Below the pieces are notes generated by a model. That model did no database searches. It was not told the DNA's origin and saw only the letters and a list, made by a program, of their open reading frames with translations. This document shows positions 36,305 through 45,110 of a stretch of 64,000 bases of DNA, piece by piece. The number at the start of each line of letters is the position of its first letter. The first letter of the stretch is position 1. The stretch spans positions 1,490-65,489 of the forward strand of contig JAEUKJ010000497.1 of NCBI GenBank assembly GCA_016792665.1, written 5' to 3'. A program made the position numbers and the translations under genes. The DNA is from Deltaproteobacteria bacterium (GTDB lineage: Bacteria > Myxococcota_A > UBA9042 > PHBI01).

Positions 36305-37471
36305 CTACGTGAGGACCAGGTCGTTCCGATGGATCACCGGATCGATCAAGCCCTTGCCGAGCTTGTCCGCGACCGCATCGCTGCGCAAGCCCCGGATGGC
36401 CTCGAGCGTCTCGTCGTCGTAGCCTACCAGCCCGCGCCCGACGAGCTCGCCCTCGGGCCCCCGGATCTCGACCCCGTCGCCCGGCTGGAAGTGCCCGCTC
36501 ACCGCGGTGACCCCGATCGGCAAGAGGCTCGCCGGCCGCTCACGCAAGGCCCGCATCGCACCCGCATCGACCCGGATGACCCCGTTCACCTTCGAGATGA
36601 AGCCGATCCAATGGCGCCGCCGATCGACCCGCTTCTGTGGGTGGAACAAGGTCCCCTCGGGCGCGCCATCGACGATGCGACCGACGATGGTCGGGTCGGC
36701 GCCGAGCGCGATGACCAACGGGATGCCGGCCTCGACCGCGATCTCGGCCGCCTGGATCTTCGACACCATGCCACCGGTGCCGACCCCGGTGCCCGCGACG
36801 CCGGCCATTTGCCGCACCTCGAGGTCGATCTTGGCGACCTCGCGCACCGGCTGCGCGTTCGCGTCCACGCGCGGGTCGCGGTCGTAGAGACACGGGATGT
36901 CCGAGAGCAGGATCACCAGGTCGGCCTCGAAGACCGTCGCGAACGCGGCCGCGAGCCGATCGTTGTCGCCGAAGCGCAGCTCCTCGGTGGCGACCGTGTC
37001 GTTCTCGTTGACGATCGGGATGACGCCGAGGTCGACCAGCTCGCCCAGCGTGTGCCTCAAGCTCAAGAAGTGGTGACGGCGCGCGATGTCCTCGTGGGTG
37101 AGCAGGATCTGCGCGCTCTGGATCTTGTGGCGCAGAAAGCTCTGCCCATAGCGACCCATGAGATCGGCCTGCCCCACGGCCGCCAGCGCTTGCACCCGCG
37201 CGAGCTCCTTCGGACGCTCCGAGAACCCGAGCCGCTGCATGCCGCACGCGACCGCACCCGAGGTCACGATGGCGACCTCGTGCCCGCGCTCGCGCATCGC
37301 ACTGACGGCGTCGACGAAGGCGTCGAGGTAGCTCGAGCCATCGGCCATGACACCTTGCAAGGTCGAGCTGCCGACCTTCAGGACCACGCGCCGCGCGAAG
37401 CCCACGCTGCCCCCGGCCCCGTAATAGCGCTTCCAGCTGGAAGCCGCGCTCGATAGGTCGGCGTCAGCCAT
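36305..37471 (-). CDS. proB: glutamate 5-kinase
   Basis: Motifs: VVLKVGSSTL, IVTSGAVACG, PIVNENDTVATEELRFGDNDRLAA, and a PUA-like C-terminus (GVIRVDAGAMRAL...GRGLVGYD). The proposed ATG 37471 overlaps the murA stop by 8 nt. A downstream GTG start is also possible. Confidence 0.85.
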   Translation of the reverse strand: MADADLSSAASSWKRYYGAGGSVGFARRVVLKVGSSTLQGVMADGSSYLDAFVDAVSAMRERGHEVAIVTSGAVACGMQRLGFSERPKELARVQALAAVGQADLMGRYGQSFLRHKIQSAQILLTHEDIARRHHFLSLRHTLGELVDLGVIPIVNENDTVATEELRFGDNDRLAAAFATVFEADLVILLSDIPCLYDRDPRVDANAQPVREVAKIDLEVRQMAGVAGTGVGTGGMVSKIQAAEIAVEAGIPLVIALGADPTIVGRIVDGAPEGTLFHPQKRVDRRRHWIGFISKVNGVIRVDAGAMRALRERPASLLPIGVTAVSGHFQPGDGVEIRGPEGELVGRGLVGYDDETLEAIRGLRSDAVADKLGKGLIDPVIHRNDLVLT

Positions 37472-38780
37472 CGTCGCGAACGATTGAGGCGCCGAGCGCG
37501 CGCAGCTTGTCGTCGATGCGCATGTAGCCGCGATCGATCTGGCGGATGTTGTAGATGGTCGAGGTCCCCTTGGCCGCCAGCGCCGCGATGAGGAGCGCCA
37601 TGCCGGCGCGCACGTCCGGGCTCTCGAGCCGCGCCGCATAGAGCTGCGAGGCCCCGACGACCACGATGCGATGCGGGTCGCACAGGATGATCGACGCGCC
37701 CATCGCGATGAGCGAGTCGGTAAAGAACATCCGACCCTCGAACATCTTCTCGAAGAACAGCACCGTGCCCTGGCACTGCGTCGCGGTCGTGATGGCGATC
37801 GACATGAGGTCGGTCGGGAAGGCCGGCCACGGCGCGTCATCGATGCGCGGGATGGCGCCGTGGAGGTCCTTGCGGATGGACAGCGGCTGCCCCGGACGCA
37901 CGCGCAGGGTCGCCCCCTGTCCTGGCGACGAAGCGGGCGCCGGCTCGACCTCCGGATGCACGCCGAGCTTGCCGAAGACGTGCAGGATCATGCGCAGCTC
38001 GTCGGGGCGGCAACCCTGGATCGAGATGTCGCTCTGGGTGACCGCGGCGAGCCCGATCCAGCTCCCGATCTCGAGGTAGTCGGGCCCGATCGTGTGGGTC
38101 GTGCCGTGCAGCTTCTTCGAGCCCGAGATGCGCAGCGTGCCGGTGCCGATGCCCGAGATCTCGGCGCCCATCGACACGAGCATGCGGCAGAGGCCCTGCA
38201 CGTGCGGCTCGCAGGCCGCGTTCATGAGCACGGTCTGCCCCTCGGCCAGGACCGCGGCCATGATGATGTTCTCGGTCGCGGTGACCGAGGCCTCGTCGAG
38301 GAAGATCTCGGTACCAGTGAGGCGCTTGCCGTCCGGGATCGCGAGCTCGTACGAGCCATTGGCCGAGAAGCTCGCGCCCAGCGCCTGCAGGCCGAAGAAG
38401 TGCGTGTCCAGGCGGCGGCGGCCGATGACGTCACCACCCGGAGGCGGCAGGACGACGTAGCCCATGCGCGCCAGGATCGGGCCCGCGAAGAGGATGGACG
38501 CGCGCACGCGGCGCGCCAGATCCGCATCGACCTTGCCATCGTGCAGCGTCGCCGCCGTGACCCGCACCGTGTCCTCGGCGAGCCGCTCGACCTTGGCCCC
38601 GAGCGCTTCCAGGACCTCGTACATGACGCGCACGTCGGCGATGTCGGGGACATTGCGGAGCACGACCGGCTCGGCCGTCAGGAGGCAGGCGGCGATGACC
38701 GGCAGCGCCTCGTTCTTCGACCCGCTCGGCGTGACCGTGCCGGACAGTGGCTTGCCCCCCTCGATGACGAATCGCTCCAT
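37464..38780 (-). CDS. murA: UDP-N-acetylglucosamine 1-carboxyvinyltransferase
   Basis: ATG 38780 gives MERFVIEGGKPLSGTVTPSGSKNEALPVIAACLL... The active-site loop reads LPPPGGDVIGRRRLDTH, with Asp at residue 117 where E. coli MurA has Cys115. Confidence 0.9.
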   Translation of the reverse strand: MERFVIEGGKPLSGTVTPSGSKNEALPVIAACLLTAEPVVLRNVPDIADVRVMYEVLEALGAKVERLAEDTVRVTAATLHDGKVDADLARRVRASILFAGPILARMGYVVLPPPGGDVIGRRRLDTHFFGLQALGASFSANGSYELAIPDGKRLTGTEIFLDEASVTATENIIMAAVLAEGQTVLMNAACEPHVQGLCRMLVSMGAEISGIGTGTLRISGSKKLHGTTHTIGPDYLEIGSWIGLAAVTQSDISIQGCRPDELRMILHVFGKLGVHPEVEPAPASSPGQGATLRVRPGQPLSIRKDLHGAIPRIDDAPWPAFPTDLMSIAITTATQCQGTVLFFEKMFEGRMFFTDSLIAMGASIILCDPHRIVVVGASQLYAARLESPDVRAGMALLIAALAAKGTSTIYNIRQIDRGYMRIDDKLRALGASIVRDDG

Positions 38781-38994
38781 GCCCTGACCTCCGTGGTGAA
38801 CCCAACCGACGCGCGACGGCCGCCGGACGCAACACCCTGTCGGCATGCTGCGCCTGTCGAGAGGCGCGGCACCTGTTCGGCTGCGCCTGTCGAGGGGCGC
38901 ATGCTAACCGTGCCGATCCGCGTCGTCGATCTTTTCCTGAAGCCCGCTTCGCACCTCGCCGCGGGCCGCATCTGCAACGGACGATGACCCCGAC

Positions 38995-40167
38995 TCATTC
39001 GGCCGAGAGCACCCCGGCCTCGACCTTCCAGCGACGCATCGCGTCGTCACCGACCCGAATCCAACGACGGTCGGTGGTCGTGACGAAGACCTGTCCCCCA
39101 CCGCGCTGCAAGGTCTCCATCAGCAGCGCATTGCGCCGCTCGTCGAGCTCGCTCGAGACGTCATCGAGGAGGAACACCGGGTAGACCCCGTGCGCCTCGT
39201 GGATGCGATGCAGCTCGGCGATCTTCAGCGCCAACACGAAGGCCCGATGCTGGCCCTGGCTCGCAAACGCCCGCACCGGCCGGCCATCGATCATCAAGTC
39301 GAGCTCGTCCGCATGCGGACCGAGACGCGTCCACCCGAGCTTCGCATCCGACGCGCGCGCCCGCGACAGCGCCGCGGCGAGCTCGAGCGCGACCGACGGC
39401 ATCGCCGCCACGCCGAAGTCGCGCCCGGCAGCCTCGCTTCCCGAGGCCTTGTGCGAGTCGGCGTGATCGAAGCCCGAGGCCTTGTGCGTGAGGGTCGCCG
39501 TGAGCTCGCCGTCGGTGATCTGCCGGAAGGCCTCGGCGAAGTGCACGACGAAGCGCTCGAGGAAGAGGTGGCGCCGCATCAAGACACTCGCGCCGCGTCG
39601 CGCGAGCTCGCCTTCGAAGGCGTCGAGGACGTGGGGATCGAGGGCCACCCCGCGCACCTTGGCGTCGCGGAGGAGGCGGTTCCGGTGCTTGAGCGCCTCG
39701 TGATAGGCGCGCAGCTCGAGGAGGTGCTCGGGCCACACCGCGAAGGTCGCGCGGTCGAGGAAGCGACGACGCACCTCGGGCCCGGCCTTGGTGAGCTCGA
39801 GGTCGTCCGGCCCGAAGAGCACCGCCGCCATGTGCGAGAACGAGCTCGGCATGCGCGTGATGACCTTGCCGTCCAGGAGGACCTTCTTGCCCTCCTTGGC
39901 GAGCTGGATCTCGACTGTGCGCTTGACCTCGCGCCTGACGATCTCGCCATAGACCACCGCGCGCTCGGCCCCGAAGCGCACGAGCTCGCCCTGCTTCGCG
40001 TCACGCGGACTGCGGAACGCCGAGAGCAGATAGACGGCCTCGAGGAGGTTCGTCTTGCCCTGGCCGTTGCGCCCTTCGAAGAGGTTGAATCGCGGCCCCG
40101 GCTCGATACGAAAGGTCTCGAGGTTACGGAAGTCCTGGGCGGCCAGGACCTCTAGACCGACATGCAT
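38995..40167 (-). CDS. recF: DNA replication/repair protein RecF
   Basis: ATG 40167 gives MHVGLEVLAAQDFRNLE...FEGRNGQGKTNLLEAVY (Walker A). The signature and Walker B region reads SQGQHRAFVLALKIAE...VFLLDDVSSELD. Confidence 0.9.
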   Translation of the reverse strand: MHVGLEVLAAQDFRNLETFRIEPGPRFNLFEGRNGQGKTNLLEAVYLLSAFRSPRDAKQGELVRFGAERAVVYGEIVRREVKRTVEIQLAKEGKKVLLDGKVITRMPSSFSHMAAVLFGPDDLELTKAGPEVRRRFLDRATFAVWPEHLLELRAYHEALKHRNRLLRDAKVRGVALDPHVLDAFEGELARRGASVLMRRHLFLERFVVHFAEAFRQITDGELTATLTHKASGFDHADSHKASGSEAAGRDFGVAAMPSVALELAAALSRARASDAKLGWTRLGPHADELDLMIDGRPVRAFASQGQHRAFVLALKIAELHRIHEAHGVYPVFLLDDVSSELDERRNALLMETLQRGGGQVFVTTTDRRWIRVGDDAMRRWKVEAGVLSAE

Positions 40168-40308
40168 GAGGAACCCTAGGGATTCAGGCTGCTCAAAAAT
40201 GGCCAGATGCAAGGAGCCGGAAAGACAAGGAGTGAGGCGGGCTTGGGGCCCGCCGCAACGACGACTCCTTCCGAGCGACGCCGCAGATGGCCGTTTTTCA
40301 GCAGCCTG

Positions 40309-41463
40309 CTAGACGCGCATGGGCATGACGACGAACACCGCACCCGGCTCCGACGGAGAGGTCAGGACCGTCGGCGAGAACTCGTCGGTCATCTCGAAGA
40401 CGACCGACTCGCCCTTCACGACGCCGAGGACGTCGAGGAGGTAGTTGTAGTTGAAGCCGACCACCATGCCCTCGCCGCGGTAGTCGACGTCGAGCTCGTC
40501 GCGCCCCTCGCCGTAGTCGGGGTTCGACGCCGTGACGGCGAGCTTGCCCGGCGTGAGCTCGAGCTTGATGATGTAGGTCTTGTTCGAGGTGAGGATCGCG
40601 TTCTTGCGGATGGCGCGGGCGAGACGCTCACGCGGGACGACCACCTTCACCGGCGAGCTCTGCGGGATGACCCGCGAGTAGTCGGGGTAGTTGTCCTCGA
40701 TCTGACGCACCGAGAACACCGTGCCACCGGTCGCGGTCTTGCCCGCGCGGAAGAGGATGACCCCCTGCGCGAAGCCGACCTCGAGCGCGTCGGCGTCGCT
40801 CTCGAAGAGGCGCTTCACCTCGGTCACACCCTTCTTGTGGATGATGGCCGAGTACTGGTCCTTCTTGCCGATGCCGGCGACCTCGGCCTCGAGCTCGACC
40901 TTCGAGAGGCGATGGCCGTCGGTCGAGACCATCGTGAGCTTGGCGAGCCCGTCGGCCGACCCGGCGGTCACCTTGAAGAAGACGCCGTTCAGGTTCATGC
41001 GCGTCTCGTCCGAGGACATCGAGAACGCGGTCTTCTCGAAGAGATCACGCAGCGCCGACTTCGGAATGCGCAGCCACTTCGCGTCTTCCGGGATCTTCAT
41101 CTCCGGGAAGTCGGCAGGCGTCACACCGGCCAGCTTGAAGTAGGCACGACCGGCCGAGAGCTCGCTCCAGTCGTTGGGCAGCGCGCGCAGATGCAGCGGC
41201 GTCTCGTCGAGGTTCTTCACCACGTCGAAGAGGCTCTTGCCGTTGATGCAGGCGGAGCCGGGGACGATCACCTCGGCCGGGATCTCGGCCATGATGGTCA
41301 CGTCGTAGTCGGTGCTGACGAGGCGCGCGGTGCCGTCGGGCAGGCTCTCGACCAGGACATGGGCAAGGACGTTGCTCGTCGACTTCCTGTCGACGACACC
41401 CTGGGTCTTGTAGACCGCCCCGAGAAAGGTGGTGCGATCGAGTCTGAGCTCCAACGTGGCCAT
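40309..41463 (-). CDS. dnaN: DNA polymerase III beta sliding clamp
   Basis: 384 aa. The sequence runs MATLELRLDRTTFLGAVYKTQGVVDRKSTSNVLAHVLVE...VFVVMPMRV, a typical three-domain clamp pattern. Confidence 0.9.
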   Translation of the reverse strand: MATLELRLDRTTFLGAVYKTQGVVDRKSTSNVLAHVLVESLPDGTARLVSTDYDVTIMAEIPAEVIVPGSACINGKSLFDVVKNLDETPLHLRALPNDWSELSAGRAYFKLAGVTPADFPEMKIPEDAKWLRIPKSALRDLFEKTAFSMSSDETRMNLNGVFFKVTAGSADGLAKLTMVSTDGHRLSKVELEAEVAGIGKKDQYSAIIHKKGVTEVKRLFESDADALEVGFAQGVILFRAGKTATGGTVFSVRQIEDNYPDYSRVIPQSSPVKVVVPRERLARAIRKNAILTSNKTYIIKLELTPGKLAVTASNPDYGEGRDELDVDYRGEGMVVGFNYNYLLDVLGVVKGESVVFEMTDEFSPTVLTSPSEPGAVFVVMPMRV

Positions 41464-42407
41464 GGTCCCTCGTCTTGCCGTGCGCTGCGTCGGAGGTCGA
41501 GCTCGGAAGGAGCACCCTCCCTCACCCGACCCGCTCGGCGAGGCCCCTGCTTACCCGTCTTTTGGATGGTACTCAAGCGATCCCCTGGGGTGGGCGATCG
41601 AGCGTCACGAGGGTCACGAGGGTGGGACCGCGGGTCGTGATCGATTTCTTGCGCGATCGGCGGTTCGGGCCATCGCCTGATCATGAGGACGAGATCCCAG
41701 AACAGAAGAGAGGGCAGAGCAACAGGATCACTAGGGGCTGGGGATCTTGGGGACAACCTCTCAATACGCTGGAATCAAAACGTAAACGGGAGGGCGAGAT
41801 CGTGGATCGAGGGCGCAAGAGATCGTGTGCGAGGGTGTGGACGGCGGTGGAGTCGCGAAGGCCTCGGCGCGATCTCCACACGGATCCCCGACGACCCACG
41901 TGGGGATCCCCGGGGCTCCCACAGGGTTATCCCCATGACCTCCACAGCGCGCGTGATCGGCGAGCGCGAAGATGACGATGACAATGTCCGAGGACCGGTC
42001 GGAGAGACGATGCTCGGGAACTCGTTCTGACCGTGGCGCTTGCCTCGATCGCTACCTGTAACCGCGCATCGCATGCTTGCGATCGTCGGCGAGGGGGTGT
42101 TAGCTCGCAGCACAGTTCACGAGGGCCATGTGCCCGCCCCAAGTGCCTGTCACCGATGACGCGGATGCGTTCCTCGGTGCCCCTGTCGCCCGAGCGACAG
42201 AACGTCATCCGAGGACCCGCGACACGCGCGCACGCCAGCGCGGATAGGGTCCAAACCGATCCGCCGACGCGCGGATCGCGAGAGGCGCGCAAGCGTCGCA
42301 GCGAACGATTGTCTTCAAAGCATGAGCGGCCGCGCCGACAGCGCGCGGATCGATGAAAGAACGGTGAGCGCACGGGGTCGGGCGCGCACCGAGGGGAGCT
42401 CTCATCC
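41464..42407. other. putative chromosomal replication origin (oriC) region
   Basis: A 944-bp gap with no credible ORF lies between divergent dnaN and dnaA. It holds a cluster of DnaA-box-like 9-mers at 41739..41946. The most AT-rich stretch is 41761..41790 (13 G+C in 30 nt, against a much higher background). Gene orientation bias switches here (25/34 minus to the left, 11/14 plus to the right). Confidence 0.65.
41739..41946. promoter_or_regulatory. cluster of DnaA-box-like / GGGGAT(C/A) motifs
   Basis: Sites on the + strand: ttatcccca 41927..41935 (8/9 to TTATCCACA), atctccaca 41872..41880, acctccaca 41938..41946, ggatccccg 41882..41890. Sites in the reverse orientation: tggggatct 41739..41747, gtggatcga 41802..41810, tgtggacgg 41836..41844, tggggatcc 41901..41909. 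Confidence 0.5.
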
Positions 42408-43781
42408 TTGGATCTTTGGAACAAAGCCCTCACGGGCATTCAAGCCCAGGTCGAGCCGTGGGACTTCGCGCACTGGATCAAGCCGGTGGTCTGCGATGTC
42501 GTCGACGAGGCCCGCGGTGAGATCGTGCTCGCGGTGCCGGACGAGTCCCATGGTCAGTGGCTCGAGGAACACTTCGCTTCGTACATCCGCAAGGAGCTCT
42601 CGCGCCTCGGTGGGTCCGAGCTCCGCATCCGCTACACCACCTATGAGAACCGGCAGGGCCCTCTCCTCGCCATGACCGCTCCCGAGGAGCCGGCCCGTGC
42701 GCTCGCGTCCTCGCCGGCGATGCCTGCCATCGAAGTGCTCGAGCCGATCGAGCCGCCGAACCTGAACGAACGCTACCGCTTCGAGAGCTTCGTCGACGGG
42801 CCGACCAACCAGTTCGCGATGAGCGCCGCGCGCGCGGTCGCCGACCACCCGGGCACGCGCTACAACCCGCTCTTCATCTTCGGCGGTGTGGGCCTCGGCA
42901 AGACCCACCTCCTGCACGCGATCGGTCACGCCGTGCGCGAGAAGAACCCGCGTGCACGGGTGCGCTACGTGACCAGCGAGCAGTTCGTCAACGACCTGAT
43001 CCAGGCCATCCGCAGCGACAAGATGCAGGGCTTCCGCCAGCGCTATCGCGACCGCTGCGACGTCCTCCTCATCGACGACATCCAGTTCATCGCCGGCAAG
43101 GATCGTACGCAGGAGGAGTTCTTCCACCTCTTCAACACGCTCCACTCGTCGGCCAAGCAGATCGTGATGACCTGCGATCAGCTGCCCCAGTCGATCCCCG
43201 ACATGGAAGATCGTCTGCGCTCGCGGCTCACGTGGGGTCTCACCGCCGACATCAAGCCGCCGGGCTTCGAGACGCGCGTCGCGATCCTCAAGGCGAAGGC
43301 CGACCTCGAGGGCATCGACCTCGCCGACGACGTCGCGATGCTGGTCGCGCGCCACATCACGCAGAACGTGCGGCAGCTGGAAGGCGCGCTCTTGAAGCTC
43401 GTCGCCTCGCAAAAGCTCATGCACCGCCCGATCGATCTCGACATGGCGCACCAGGCGCTCGGCGCGATGCTCGGCGAGACGCTGACCCGCATCATGCCGG
43501 ACGCGATCCTGAAGGCGGTGGTCGCCGAGTTCAAGGTGAGCCTCACCGACCTCAAGGGACCGCGCCGCCACCGCAACATCACCGTGCCGCGGCAGATCGC
43601 GATGTACCTCATCCGCGAGCTGACCGACGTGTCCCTGCCGCAGATCGGGCAGCTCTTCGGGGGCCGCGATCACTCGACGGTCATCAACTCGCTGAAGCGG
43701 GTCGAGGCGATGCGTGACGCCAACCCCGAGGTCCGCACCCAGCTCGATCGCCTGCGCCGCATGGTGCGCGACGGCGCCTGA
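42408..43781 (+). CDS. dnaA: chromosomal replication initiator protein DnaA
   Basis: TTG start with GAGGGGAG 10 nt upstream. Motifs: LWNKAL..., the AAA+ Walker A GGVGLGKTHLLHAIG, Walker B LLIDDIQF, and the domain IV segment QIAMYLIRELTDVSLPQIGQLFGGRDHSTVINSLKRV. Confidence 0.92.
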   Translation: MDLWNKALTGIQAQVEPWDFAHWIKPVVCDVVDEARGEIVLAVPDESHGQWLEEHFASYIRKELSRLGGSELRIRYTTYENRQGPLLAMTAPEEPARALASSPAMPAIEVLEPIEPPNLNERYRFESFVDGPTNQFAMSAARAVADHPGTRYNPLFIFGGVGLGKTHLLHAIGHAVREKNPRARVRYVTSEQFVNDLIQAIRSDKMQGFRQRYRDRCDVLLIDDIQFIAGKDRTQEEFFHLFNTLHSSAKQIVMTCDQLPQSIPDMEDRLRSRLTWGLTADIKPPGFETRVAILKAKADLEGIDLADDVAMLVARHITQNVRQLEGALLKLVASQKLMHRPIDLDMAHQALGAMLGETLTRIMPDAILKAVVAEFKVSLTDLKGPRRHRNITVPRQIAMYLIRELTDVSLPQIGQLFGGRDHSTVINSLKRVEAMRDANPEVRTQLDRLRRMVRDGA

Positions 43782-43939
43782 GCCCGGGGCGTACGCGCCG
43801 CGGCTCGAACCACCTGACCTGCTTCCACTTCGGGGGCAGGCTTCTAAACCCTTGACAGCACCAGGCGCGCGATGATTGATACGCGCCTCGCTTTTGCGGC
43901 CCCTGAGCCGCGAGAGCCACTTCGTCGGGAGACGTTTCC

Positions 43940-44092
43940 GTGACCAAGCGCACGTACCAGCCCCATAATCGCAAGCGGAAGAACACCCATGGTTTCCGCG
44001 AGCGCATGTCGTCCCACGGTGGCCGCAAGGTCATCAACGCCCGCCGCAAGAAGGGGCGCAAGCGCCTGACCGTGGCGACGCCCAAGAAGTGA
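43940..44092 (+). CDS. rpmH: 50S ribosomal protein L34
   Basis: Not in the ORF track because it is under 60 aa. My own translation from GTG 43940 gives [50 protein letters not shown], with the stop at 44090..44092. Confidence 0.9.
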   Translation: MTKRTYQPHNRKRKNTHGFRERMSSHGGRKVINARRKKGRKRLTVATPKK

Positions 44093-44131
44093 CGATCGTG
44101 CTCCCCCACGAGGTGAGCCCAGACAGCGTCG

Positions 44132-44836
44132 ATGGAGTCGACGATGTCGTCACATCCCGCGAAGGCGGCGAGCATGAGCGAACCGGCCCAAGCAGGGATG
44201 TCAGAGCCGACGGACCGCGATGAGACGAGCGCTCAGCCCGTTGCGGGTCGTGGCGATCGACTCGACGCCCTGGCCCGTGTCGCGGCCGACGTCGTCGTGG
44301 CCGGGGGGAGCCTCGTCTCTCCCCGGGTCAGCGAGTCTTTCCCCAAGGAATGCAGAATCCTGCATCGATCCGAGTTCCTCCGGATCCAGGGGCAGGGTCA
44401 CCGCATCCACGGGGCGCGCCTCATCTTCCAGTTCCTCCCTGGCCGGACGCCGCGATCGCGGCTCGGCCTCACGGTCTCGAAGAAGGTCGGCAACGCGGTC
44501 GTCCGCAATCGGATCAAGCGTTGGCTCCGCGAGGCCTTCCGACGCCATCCCGAGCTGCGACCCGACCGACCCACGCGCGGGCAGCCTTCGAAAGCCTACG
44601 ACCTCGTCATCACCGCCAAGCGTGACATCGAGGACTTCGGCTTCGCCGTCCTGCACGCCGAGGTCGTCGACGTCCTCGGACGCTATCTCGACGGTCGCTT
44701 CGATCGACGGAGAGCCGGTGGACGGGATGGCAAGGGACCTCGGGCAGAGCCCACTGGCGGCGATCGATCGGGGGCCCGAGGGGGCGGCCAGCGCGCGCCC
44801 GCGAAGTCGAATCGTCCGGGCCCTGCGCGCGATTGA
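44132..44836 (+). CDS. rnpA: ribonuclease P protein component
   Basis: The core reads [32 protein letters not shown]...[26 protein letters not shown] (RNR motif). The start is uncertain (ATGs at 44132, 44144, 44174 and 44198). The Arg/Gly-rich tail overlaps yidD. Confidence 0.8.
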   Translation: MESTMSSHPAKAASMSEPAQAGMSEPTDRDETSAQPVAGRGDRLDALARVAADVVVAGGSLVSPRVSESFPKECRILHRSEFLRIQGQGHRIHGARLIFQFLPGRTPRSRLGLTVSKKVGNAVVRNRIKRWLREAFRRHPELRPDRPTRGQPSKAYDLVITAKRDIEDFGFAVLHAEVVDVLGRYLDGRFDRRRAGGRDGKGPRAEPTGGDRSGARGGGQRAPAKSNRPGPARD

Positions 44837-45104
44837 TCGCGCCCTGGCGTGGCCGCTGCTCGCGCTGATCTTCGTCTATCGCAAGCTCATCTCGCCGGCC
44901 CTGCCTCCCGCGTGTCGCTTCTATCCCTCGTGCTCGGCCTATGCGAACGAGGCCCTCACGCGACACGGACTCTCCTACGGCGCCCCGCTCATGGCGTGGC
45001 GGCTCTGTCGATGCCACCCCTTTTCGCGCGGTGGCTTCGACCCGGTGCCCGGCTCCCCGGGCTCGACAGGCTCCGAGCCCGTCGAAGATCGCGAAGGAAA
45101 CTAG
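44727..45104 (+). CDS. yidD: membrane protein insertion efficiency factor YidD
   Basis: ATG 44727 within ORF 44220..45104. The core reads [58 protein letters not shown]. The extent of the N-terminal extension is uncertain. Confidence 0.85.
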   Translation: MARDLGQSPLAAIDRGPEGAASARPRSRIVRALRAIDRALAWPLLALIFVYRKLISPALPPACRFYPSCSAYANEALTRHGLSYGAPLMAWRLCRCHPFSRGGFDPVPGSPGSTGSEPVEDREGN

Positions 45105-45110
45105 ATCATC

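Noticed and set aside
42033-42356. ORFs of 107 aa and other small ORFs inside the dnaN-dnaA gap
   Set aside because: They have Arg/Ser/Pro-rich junk composition, no RBS and poor codon bias. I therefore treat the region as non-coding origin DNA.
42402-43673. Minus-strand ORF of 423 aa opposite dnaA
   Set aside because: dnaA on the plus strand has Walker A/B motifs and the domain IV signature. The minus frame is low-complexity antisense sequence.
43852-43880. Sigma70-like promoter for rpmH (perfect TTGACA at 43852..43857)
   Set aside because: With a 17-nt spacer the -10 hexamer would be ATTGAT, a weak match. Promoter consensus in this lineage is unknown to me, so I do not report it as a feature.
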